From NCBI GenBank assembly GCA_905178155.1, contig CAJINV010000004.1:3505320-3569319 (forward strand): 64,000 nt of DNA, given 5' to 3'. Each line of letters opens with the position of its first letter. The stretch's first letter is position 1. Both the position numbers and the translations under genes were made by a program. Positions 1 through 10,469 of the stretch are shown piece after piece. A model generated the notes under the pieces. The model saw nothing but the letters and a program-made list of their open reading frames with translations. It did no database searches and had not been told where the DNA came from. The stretch is from Amoebophrya sp. A120. Taxonomy: Eukaryota > Protista > Dinoflagellata.

Positions 1-105
1 GAAAGTGGACAGCTTTTGGCACTCATGCAACACAGATTTTTGTATGCTTCAGATTTACCATGACAAGTTACCATCTTCCAGACCCAGACACTTTTGCATT
101 TGATA

Positions 106-3060
106 TCCTCATCCGTGCAGCACTGTTCCCGCCCGCTGTCCGGATCCTCCAATCCTGGCGCGAGGATGAAACCGCGGCCGGCGCTATTTTATCGCAAGAA
201 AAAACTGTTTCACTGTAAACTTGTAATGCAGAAACTGCAGCTGAGAAGTGTTTGTCTTGCTACACATGCAAGACACTAGATTTTTAACTGTGTTTTCCTT
301 TAAAAGTCTCGCATGCCAAGTTTTCTTTGTCATGTGTAACAAACTTGTGATGCAAAACTTGCAAAATCCTTACAGTGAAACACTACTTTTTTCGTACGAT
401 ATACTGGGTCGTTTTTTCGCTCGCTTAGACGAACACAACGCCTCCTCGTCATCATCATCGCCATCCTGAAGTAGAGAGCAGCGCCAGCGGCCCGATCTTC
501 TACTACTCGGCCTCTTTCCAGCACCACGACCAAGCTCGCGACGAACAGAAATAGAGTTCTTCGATCCCACTAGACTGGCCTCCGCGACCTGTGAGGCCGC
601 TGCTCTACTTGCGGAGGTAGACGCTCGTCCTTTGTTGATCTTCAGATTTTTGAAGGCAGTAGCAGTACCACTGTGGAGGTCCAGCCCCGGAGCAGCAGGG
701 ACACGACCCCGGGAAGAAGAAGAAGAGGCAGAAGCACGACTCCCCCGCCCGGTCACCATCTTGAACTCTCCGCGGCTCCTTCTGGAAAAGCTATCCTCTC
801 GCGAGGCGCCGCCGCCCCCGCCCCCGCAATTCGAGACCGGCGTCCCGTCACTGTCTGCGCCGCCGCTGGTATCAAAATGAAAAGCCCCCCCCCCGCCGCA
901 CAATCAAGTGGAAGCCTGTGCAGGAGCAGCGCGACCTGTGTACACAGATGAGGTTTATTGTCCTGCCGAGAGGGACCAGTGCGCGAAGTGGAGGTCCTAA
1001 GCGTAGTACGCAGAGATGTTTTTGTGCTAGCTTAGCATAGCAGAGGCTGCGGCCTGCCCCAGCATTAGAAGTACAAATCGCCTGCAAAATACAATCATGC
1101 AGCGGGCTCTCTGGATTTGCCCGCCTGCAAAAAACTTCGTGGCAGTTCAGTATCACGAAGCTTTCGGAGCGTAAATAGTACTTTAACTTTTTCATCACAA
1201 TGGGGACGAGCAAGGGGGGGTCCACATATTTTCCCCTCAATAACTGGCGAGGAAACCGCCCGGCGGGTTGCCGCCTATCCTGAGTAAAAACGTACCCACA
1301 CCAGAGTTGTAATGCAGATTTGCAAAGACAGGAAGACTTGTAACGCGCATCCCCATGAGAGCCATTTCCAGTCGTGTTTTGGAATTTGTGATGCCGTGAA
1401 CAGGATGAGCAGATGAATCTGTGATGCGGCTGCACTTGCTAACCTGCACTACACTGCATAGCGCACCTTGTCATGCGTGACTCACAAAACTCCTAGGTTT
1501 GTGTTGCAAAATCTCCATCCTGACTTTGGTGTGGGTACGTTTTTACTCAGGATACCGCCGAGCATGTGTTCGCGCCGGTAGGACCCGTCGCTCGCGAAAT
1601 CGTCCGTCGGATCGTTGCCCAGGCCCAAGTGCCGCGCACTGTCCGAGGAATATTCCCCCTCGGAATTATCGTAGCTGTTTTCGCTGTGCAGCTCTGGACG
1701 AACTGCATTTTTCATTCGTCCCAGGCTGCTCTTGTTTCCCATTTGTAGTCCCGATTGCAATTCATCGCCACAGCGAAGATCTCGTTGTAGGGACGATGAC
1801 ACGTTATTTGCTGTTGTTCCTATAGTCCCTCGTCCTAGTGAACAACTACTACCATGGCGCCCTTGATGCTCGCAGTTCTCTGCGCCAGGGCTGGGTCTCA
1901 TGGTCTCTGAAGCCCCTGCTCGTGCTGGCTCGGGTACAGCTCCCCCTTTGCTGGCCGCCTTCCGTATCACACAGAAAAAAGCAGGCATTTGTAATGCAAA
2001 AACAAATACACAAAAAAATCTGCAGCGCATATCCTAAACAGCATGCTATGGGGCCACCCATGACAAGTTTTTCTGTGTATTTCGTTTTGCATTACAAATA
2101 TGACCTGCCTGCTTTTTTCTCTGGGATATTCCGCTCCAGTTTGCCCTGCAGGTCCGACTCATCCGAGTAATTGGCCTGCGCGTGGAAATGTGCAGTGCAA
2201 ATATGTCTCCTGGGTTTGGAATAAAACAAAGCGGAAACCTGTCACGCTGCAAGGTGTAAAGTCTATTCTAAAAATATCAATTCGTATTGCTACGTGCAGA
2301 GGACCACATTCTTTATGCGCGATAAGCATCTTCAAGAAGCCCTCACAAAACCTGTGATCATGCGAAGGCACACGTCACAGATGACGATGTGGCGCATGCA
2401 AAATCTGGGTGGCAAACTACTTACGTGGCACTCTTTCTTCCAGACGACCCAGTGACTACACATTTGCAAATGGTAGGAATGGGTCCAGCATGACGGGAAC
2501 GCCATCTTCACCATTCTCCTCCTCGGGCAGCAGTACCCCCGCACCGGATATCGCGACAAAAAACTGTTTTTCTGTCCCTAAACTTGTATTGATGCAGAAA
2601 ACGTACTATCGCAGACGCGTTTGTCACATGCTACCCTGGCAAGACAATCGACTTTTAGGCGTGTCTCCCCCGTTTGCGAAGCTCGCACGGGATGAACTCT
2701 TGTTATTTCTAAAATGTAAGTAGAGCTGCAAACTTGTATGTGATGCAAAACTTGCAAAATCTTCCTTCCAGTAAACCACTTTTTTCGTGCGATACCAGCA
2801 GGAGCCACTGGTCTACTACAACTTGAGGGGCCCGGGCCAAGCAGAACCACGTCATGGCTAAAATTGTTTAAAACACGGTTTTTTCCATCGCCAATAGAAG
2901 AAGTTGCTGCACTACTTCCGGCGCCGCTCGAAGACGCTTCTTGTGGGGAAACTGCGACCACGACTGTTCCCTTGCCTGTCGCCGTATCGCCGCCGGTCGT
3001 GCGCTCCGGCCGACTGCGAGTGCCAGAGGAAGAGGCCGCGGAAGCGTGCATAGTGTTCAT
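106..3060 (-). CDS. Hypothetical low-complexity (S/G/A-rich) protein, multi-exon, continues past the left edge
   Basis: ORF pieces 2578-3096, 1482-2030 and 370-903 join in one frame (MNTMHASAASS...APAG/AGVLLPEEENGEDGVPVMLDPF/HAQANYSDESDLQGKLER/KAASKGG...MLGG/NPPGGFLAS/GGADSD...KKRPS/SAGRGFILAPG). The join requires removing elements 2549-2794, 2189-2475, 1965-2128, 1276-1554, 870-1242 and 190-401, each with 5 nt. Confidence 0.7.
1276..1554. mobile_element. Introner family B (TIR TATCCTGAGTAAAAACGTCCCCACCCC), representative copy, TSD CCGCC
   Basis: Other copies: 9252-9585, 11398-11674, 12722-13003, 13009-13289, 13365-13656, 14393-14674, 14786-15067, 15796-16074 (TSD TACAA), 24195-24475, 25918-26197 (TSD CCAGC), 40097-40375 (TSD CAGCT), 55476-55794. 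Confidence 0.95.
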
Positions 3061-3630
3061 TTCTGAGGTGAAAAGATAATACAAATTTTCAAACACGGCC
3101 TACTTCGAAAACATTCACTCTTTCCCGGGTGGCAGAGACAGAGAGCACGGAATCATAAATGAAAATTGCTTTACATCATGTTGCAACGCCGAAACAAAAA
3201 TGCATGTTAGAAGGACCAAGATAGTTCATCTGATTGAGTTTTTTCTAAAAGCAAAAAGTTGAGGATCTATTCACGGAGTCGTCGACGTCGCTCCTCACAA
3301 TACTAAAAGATGAAACAGAATAAAACCTTTCAACGTTGTGTATCACCTCCCGCCTGTGCATGGATCTTTAGATGCACTACAACCGGACTCAGACAGTGGT
3401 GAGACTTGATGCTCAGCAGGGACACATCATGATAATCTTGGATCGTTTTTCCGGCCTAAGAAAGTAATAATATTAAACGTATGTCAGTAGTAATGAAGAC
3501 TGTATCACCACGAGAGGAGAAAAACATGCGATATTGATCGTGGGGATCAGGATCAGGGAACTAGAGTCCAGCTCCCGTTTTTTCCTGCTCATCTCCGAAA
3601 ACCGCGACGAGGCCGCGGTGGAGCAGCGTC

Positions 3631-3727
3631 CTTCAAAAAAAGAAAAGCTCTGGATGAAAGAAAAAGTCCAAGGTCGTCATGGGACAACAAACTACTCTGA
3701 GTCTGTGCTATCCGAGTCAAAATCTTA
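3631..3727. repeat. Intergenic repeat of about 90 bp; second copy near 7413-7499
   Basis: CCTTCAAAAAAAGAAAAGCTCTGGATGAAAGAAAAAGTCC...TCGTCATGG.ACAACA...TGTGCTATC.GA.TCAAAATCTT occurs in both places. Confidence 0.85.
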
Positions 3728-3755
3728 TTGCAATTTCATATGGCCTGCACAGAAG

Positions 3756-6700
3756 TTAGAAACCGCCCGGAGGTTCTTGTGAAAGCCACAGCATGTCCGT
3801 TGTGAAGTCGCCACAATTCTTGTCCGTATCAAAGTAATTATCAAATGTAAAAATGTCTGGGTCTGGAAACTTGTGATGCAAAAAGTGGATGATAGCCGGA
3901 CTGCAATACGCAGCTATGCATCACAAACTTTTTGGCTGCCATGTCTTACGTATTCCGCATGGCAAGCTGCGTTTTTGCATGACAGGTAAGAGGGTCTTTT
4001 CGTGCCTATGCAACACAGATTCGCGAATCATGCCAGACAAGCATGACAAACATGAATTCTTCCAGACCCAGACATTTTTGCATTTCATAGTAATGCCCGC
4101 ATTGCGATTGATTCGCCCGCCACGACAAGTGCCGAAACGTATCAACTGCAAAAATGTCTGGGTCTGGAAGGATGTAACCTGTGATGCGCATTTCAGAACA
4201 CACGAAAATCTCTCATGCATAGGTAGCAAAAGCTACTCACTTTCTGTCACCAAAATGGGGGATTTGTCATGCGGGTTCGGCATTGCGAAAGCTTCTCGAG
4301 ACCTGTGATGCTAGAGCTTCCATGCCAGACCTTCTGTGTCATGCAGAAACAGCATGACTCTTCCAGACCCAGACACTTTTACAGTTGCTAAAACGACACT
4401 CTAAGCAAAACGTCGAGGGGTGTCAGCGGCGGGTTCCATGACGCACCTTGCCCATGCCGGGCTACCTTCAGAAGAACGGGCCAGAAGGGTAGCGCTTGCA
4501 CAGTGAGCATGGCAAGAATTTCGGCCGAAAACACGAGCCGCGGAAGAATCAGGCTCGCCGATTGCGGAACCAAACGAACGTCTTCGAGATAGGCCGAAGC
4601 GTGCGGACGGTCTTCGGCTGAACGGTCCTCAGCGTGTCGATATTGCAATTTGCACGCAATGCTTAGGGCAAGGAATAGTAGCGAAAAGGCCCACCCGAGA
4701 AAGATCCCTATCACTCGGCCCAAGTAATAGCCACGATAGGCCTGCGCCCAGGCACTCCGATGAAACTCGCTTTTGCATCGGACCGAGGCTTATCAAATGT
4801 AAAAATGTCTGGGTCTGGAAGATTGTCATGCACGGTTTGCATCACGTGTGAGGTCTGTGATGCATGCCCCAGCATCACAGATTCTGTGAGATCTTTACCA
4901 TGCCTTTTCCGCATGAGAAACTGCCTCTCGGCCTTCTCAAAAGTGAACAGCTTTATTGGTAATCATTCGTTCGTTCGTATGGATCGGCTCTGCCGACCGG
5001 GTGACCCATCGCCTTGCATATAAATGACCGACATAGGCGATCCCCGTTACGGGACATACATATGGCCGTACGGAAGGGCCCTAAGCGCTACATACATAGT
5101 TCATCCTAGCGCCTACCACTTCGGTCGGGACTGAGTCAGCCTGGTCCTGGGGGTTCACAGCGCACTAGCCCTCTGCTAGCATAAACAGACTGGGTTCTAC
5201 AAACTGATCTAACTTCTCATAACAGTGAGGCCATCAATCATGCAACACAGATTTTTGTATGATTCAGATTTAGCATGACAAGTTGTACTCTTCCAGACCC
5301 AGACATTTTTGCATTTGATAAGACTCGCTGATCGGAAACATTCACGAAAAAAAGGTCCGTCGGCTCGTCCAACGGATCCGAGGACACCCCAAACAGTACG
5401 CCGGAAATGTCGAGAGGCTCGTGGAACAACTGCCGCGTTTCAAAAATTAACCGCAGCAAGACTGCGGCCGCAACAGTTTGATGCAGCGCCTGCGACCATA
5501 TCCGAGTATCGTCCTCGTGGATCGTCGTTACACGATTTCGGGTGGCGCTGTTTCCTGAACCTGCTGCTTTTGTTCCTGCCGTCGTCGTCGGAGCTGCGTT
5601 CGGGGCCTTCGCCCTGAAAGTGTTCTGCGGCACCGCAGCCGTGATGATCATGATGACAGGCGGAAGGATCAGCCAAACGACACGAAGTGCCAGATCGATA
5701 GATCGCTCGGTGTTTATGCTGTCCAGGTCATTATCCGCTACGGTTGTAAAGCCCGAACAGGTGCGATCGTACAAGATCAGTGTGTAGTGCGAGAGCAGTG
5801 CACAAATTTCGGCTATCACCAGACCTGTGGTGAAAATCTTGCCCTCCGTGCTGTCCCCTCGCTGACATACACTTGACAAAGTTCCTCTCCTGGCGAAATC
5901 CCAGGGAAGCAGCCAGTACTTTTCCGGCTTCGCCGGCGGTGGATTCGGGCGGTCGGCCGAAAGAGTGTCTGCTTGGTCACCACCTGCCACGACGGTTGCC
6001 CCCTGCTGTGGTTCCGGAGTGACATGATCCCCGCCGCCCTCCGGCTCTACTACCTCCTCCTGGCTGTATTCCCTGGGAAAAAAGACCAAGCGAACCGGCA
6101 GCGCGACGACAATGAGCGAAGCCGCGAACCCGGAAAGGAGGTACACCACAGCGCGAACGTAATCCACCCACCACACAGCAAACCTCTGCGCCAAAAGCAG
6201 TCCACTAGCCTCCTCCACGACCGCCCCGGCGTGGCGAATGTCTGTGGTCGCGTTCACAAGGTCGGTCACGTTGTTGGTGCAGGCGGTGGCGTTCGTCTCG
6301 AGCATTGCAATCTTCTGCTGCATCTCCGCCCGGAGCGTTGAAATCTTCTGCTGTGTCTCCGCCTCGCGCATTGCCATCTCCTGCTGCATCTGGAAAATTT
6401 GCTGCTCCATCGGAAGTTGTCGCAAGTCCTCCTTCTGCCCTCCCATGGCAGTGGCATCTTCCGCGGGCCTGCTTCTCTTTTTTGCTGCGGCATATCCTCC
6501 AATCTGAAGCCACTCCTGCTGCTTGTGGTCCACAAATTCTCTACCCAGATCTTCGATGTCGTTTTCGCCGGTGGGGGAGATAGAGGGAGTTCTCGTCTGT
6601 TGGCGTTCCTGTCGCTCCTCGTTCGTCCCGACCCGCGTAGCCGACAACCCTCCAAACGCATACTGTACTGCAGCATTGCTCTGCAGAAACTCTTCCGCTG

Positions 6701-7043
6701 TATCAAACTGCGCGCCCTCGAGCAGCGGCGGTCGCAGTGTTTGGTCCTCCAAATATGCTGGCGTCACGACATCATCTTCCGTCCGCCCCTCGTTCTGCTC
6801 CCCGCTACTACCTTTCTTGGAGAGCGCAGGAACGCGGTCGGAAAGCAGCTGCGAAGACTGTTCGCCTCCGGGCCGTTGCGCCGCCACTGGACTGTGATCT
6901 TCATCTGCCAGTGTATGCCCTCTCGACGTACTACCTTGGTGGAACGCGAGCGCATGCTCCTCGTTGGCCTTCACTTCCGACACTATTTCTCCCCCGCAAA
7001 CGAAGAGTAACGCCGCAAGCGTCGTTCCCACTGTCCAGACCAT
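3756..7043 (-). CDS. Multi-pass membrane protein with N-terminal signal peptide and coiled coil
   Basis: The 601-aa ORF has a hydrophobic N-terminus, a Q/E-rich coiled coil and several TM-like segments. It continues in frame across elements 4791-5320, 4140-4390 and 3839-4089 (QRV/SVRCKSEF...LLRVSF/RHLSWRANQSQCGHY/FDTDKNC...PPGGF*) to a TAA at 3756-3758. Confidence 0.8.
3839..4089. mobile_element. Introner family A (TIR TATCAAATGTAAAAATGTCTGGGTCTGGAA), representative copy, TSD GTAAT
   Basis: Other copies: 1-105 (partial), 2189-2475, 4140-4390, 4791-5320, 8314-8569, 9656-9946, 9992-10242, 10873-11132, 11719-11984, 16135-16395, 17503-17770, 18332-18623, 23756-24007, 26974-27237, 28918-29262, 30326-30632, 34550-34760, 34968-35229, 35973-36306, 36567-36819, 37359-37620, 38273-38544, 38605-38858, 39147-39419, about 39766-40029, 43829-44090, 48949-49201, 54789-55076. 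Confidence 0.95.
4967..5235. mobile_element. Unclassified insertion of about 270 bp nested in introner 4791-5320
   Basis: Absent from sibling copies (compare 16291-16330 and 1-40). Flanked by AATCAT at 4961-4966 and 5236-5241, with (TCGT)3 at the left end. Confidence 0.7.
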
Positions 7044-7883
7044 GAGATGTGCGGGCAGGGAGCGCAGCCGCGGTCACTTCAAGAGTTGTAGTGGCAAAAA
7101 ATATGACATCAATTCTGCCACAAATGCCCGCGATGACGACAGAGGCTTGCTGTTCGTGGCTCTACATATAGAAAAGGAATAAAGCACGACAAAAGTACAC
7201 TGATATCCTCGACTGTGAAAGTAGTTCGCGACCGAGCGACTTGTCATCAAAGTTACATCTGTACAACTTGAGAATACGGTATGGAGATCAAGATCCAGAC
7301 CGCCTCAAAAATGGCAAATGATAATGAAGCAGTAGATCGCGAGAGGAAATAAAACTCGCTTCTGGACGCCTAGATCTTCATGTTCGACCTCGCAAGTTCG
7401 GGATGAAAGCATCCTTCAAAAAAAAGAAAAGCTCTGGATGAAAGAAAAAGTCCCACATCGTCATGGCACAACAGTATGTGCTATCAGAATCAAAATCTTG
7501 TATATCTGTTCCTCGAACATCAAGTGGTCTATAATTGGTATTTGTGACGAGTAACACGCAGCTGTATCATATGAGCGCAGACCGGAGGCATGGTGTTGTT
7601 CATGCACGAAACTCCAGTTCAAACACAGTCACAGATCAATAAAAAAAGCACCCCGATATGAAAAGATCAGGAAATGCGTCATCTCAAGATGCGGAAAATT
7701 GCTCGCAAGTTGTGGTCGTTCTCACTTTTGAAACAAATCCGTGTCGCGAAATCGTTGCTTTTTCATCTTCCTCTCGACTTCTCAACAACAATAGTCACTG
7801 ACCCGCCAGACGTCGAGCCAGCCATAAAATTGATGCTGATTTTTCTTTGTGCTCCGAAAGGACATTGCTTGGTTTTTGCCTCT

Positions 7884-10247
7884 ATCAAACCACCTGCATG
7901 AAGCTTCGCCCGCCGGCATTCCCGCCCCCGGCAGCTCCCTGTCCCGCAACGAACTATTACAATGCAAAATGCCCCCACCCCCGAACTTGGGAGCATTTGT
8001 ATTGCAAACCTTTCCAAATGAAACACTCGCCCTCTTGCATCTATCAGCATCACAGGTTTTCAATCGTGAATAGCAAAAATTTGCATTGCAAAAGACCCCA
8101 GCAAGAGCGGCACTTGCCATGCAAGCTATGCGATACACGCCTACACTCTGCATCAGAAAGATTCATACTCCTTTCCTGCATGACAAAAAGTTTTCATTTG
8201 GAAACTTCGCATCACAAATTTTTGCAATTTAGGGATGGGGGGCACTTTTCACTGTAATACGAACTGCGCATGCTTCCGAGGTTTTCGCCGCAAAATTGCC
8301 GCGTCCTCCATTATATCAAGTGCAAAAATGTCTGGGTCTGGAAATTTGTGATGCTAAAATGTGCAGGATGAAAACACTTCCTCACGCAGGAAAGCATGAC
8401 AAGTCTGCGCAACGCTTTATCATACGAACTCCGCATGAGAAACTGCGTTTTTGTATCATGACGTGAGAGGCTGCCACTTTTGTTGGTCATGCAATACAGA
8501 TTTCACAGGAATGCAAGACCAGCATTACAAGTTCCAACCATCCGGACCCAGACATTTTTGCATTTGATACCACATCTCCACCTGGTAGGGCGGGTCGCGG
8601 TACTCCCTCCCGGTTCCCTTATGGAAGCGTCAGGATTGAAATCGTCAAAGTTGAAATAATTTCTCATGCAGGAATTGCAAGGCATGCAGTGCCTCTCTTG
8701 CAGGGATGGCAAGTGAGGCCGCCTGTCAGCCTGTTTGGGGTCTGCGAGAGAGCTGCTAAAGTAGCACGACAAAAGACGCCTTCTGTCTCTAAACAGCATG
8801 ACAAACTGGATTTAGACGGTCCCGAAATTTGTCATGCGCCGCTTGGAAATTGGGCTTCTAACTGGTATCGATTTTATGCATTACAAATGATTTCAACTTT
8901 GTCGATTTCGATCCTGACACTCCCATATCCCTCGAGAGGATCGTATATCGTGCGAAAAAACTGTTTCACTGCAAGGTAAGCACACTTTCGACGCAAGGGT
9001 TTGCATCACAAATATGTTTCTTCAGCATGACAAAGGAGATCCGCCATGCGTACTTTGTATTAAGGTACTACCGACTACACAGCTAGAAACCCAAACCCAA
9101 CAATGTCTCGCATGATGTGTGACACGGAAATAAACACTTCTGCGTAGTTGTTGCACTTTCTGCATCACAAGCTACAGTTTACAGGCAAACAGCTTTTTCT
9201 CGCGGTATCGTACCGTCGCGGTTCAATATTCGAAGACCAGCCCGCGAGTCATATCCTGTGTAAAAATGTCCCCATCCACCTCTATTTGTCACGCAAATCT
9301 GCACGCCCAAAAAAAAAAGTTTCTCACGCGCAGCCACAACATGCGAGGCGGTTTCTCCTAATGCTTGTTTCTGGGTGGAGTTCTTTCTAATGCTACAATC
9401 AGGTGGCTGAGCTCCTCGATTTCTACTCATGCGCCCGCACAACTAGCTAAACACGATTAATAACGCACACAGTGCGAGCCCAGAGAACTTCTCATGCGCA
9501 ACAGCCAACACTTCTTGACTTGTGTACGTGGAATTGCCATCTTGTCTATGAGTAGTTGGGGACGTTATTTTTACTCAGGAGGATAAACGAGTAGGGAATC
9601 GTGGCCAATCGTCGGTCGGCAACGATTTCGACCAACTGCGGAAGTTTCTGCTTCGTATGCATTGCAAATATGTCTGGCTCTGGATTAATTTGCGATGCGA
9701 AGCCTCCCTGCTGACCAAAAAAATCTGTATATGCAAGAGGCGGATTGGCGAGTCTTTTTGGCGTGCTAGAAGGCAGTTCCTCGTCATGCGAGTTTTCATG
9801 AACGAATCTGCAAAATCGAGGCTTGCAAATTTTCGTTGTCATGCGACGTTCATCAGTCTGTACACCCGGCCCCCGCTCGCATGCAGGGCTCTGCAGCACA
9901 ATTTCGGACCATCTTTCCAGACCCAGATCGATATTTGCATTTGATACTTTACCCGGCCAGACCATCGTACGGAAAACCTTCACCCATGTCATATCAAATG
10001 TAAAAATGTCTGGGTCTGGAAGAATGCAAGTCTGTCATGCTTGTCTGGCATGACTGGAGAATCTGTGTTGCATAGGCACGCAAGAGTCCTCTTACCTGTC
10101 ATGCAAAAACGCAGTTTGCCATGCGGAATACGTAAGACATGGCAGCCGAATAATTTCTCATGCATAGCTGCGTATTGCAGTGCGTCTATCATGCACTTTT
10201 AGCATTACAAGTTTCCAGACCCAGACATTTTTGCAATCCATATGTCA
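7884..10247 (-). CDS. Probable further 3' exons of the calpain-like gene (or a separate small gene), split by 7 introners
   Basis: Short GC-rich segments between elements join as ...RRYDPLEGTGREYRDPPYQVE.MEDAAILRRKPRKHAQFVAGQGAAGGGNAGGRSFMQVV*. The frame across the 9656-9946 junction is unresolved. Confidence 0.5.
8946..9207. mobile_element. Introner family C (TIR TATCGYGCGAAAAAACTGTTT), TSD TCGTA
   Basis: Inverted ends with a 5-bp repeat; other copies at 190-401 and 2549-2794. Confidence 0.85.
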
Positions 10248-10469
10248 CTGCAAATGCTTAGTTGGTAAGTACTACCAGAGTTTCTACCGTAGTAGTGCCT
10301 ACCAAGCGCCGTAAGCGAAGCGCATTGAATGCAACCAAAAACAACTAAATATTGCGGCGTGCGGAACTACTTCCTTAGCCCATGCCCGACGTCCGCAGCA
10401 TTTCGTCTTGTTTCTGGATCTTGTTCTATGTCAATAAAACTTTGCTAGCTGCTTGCAGTTATTTTCAGT

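Noticed and set aside
3889-4308. Many short ORFs sharing peptides such as [27 protein letters not shown] and KNVPTP, suggesting a protein family
   Set aside because: These are translations of the introner TIRs in different frames, not genes.
7849-10268. Plus-strand frame that stays open after element removal (…GNDFDQLRKFLLRPARP…)
   Set aside because: It reads like the antisense shadow of the minus-strand frame and lies in an all-minus gene block. Not fully excluded without stranded RNA data.
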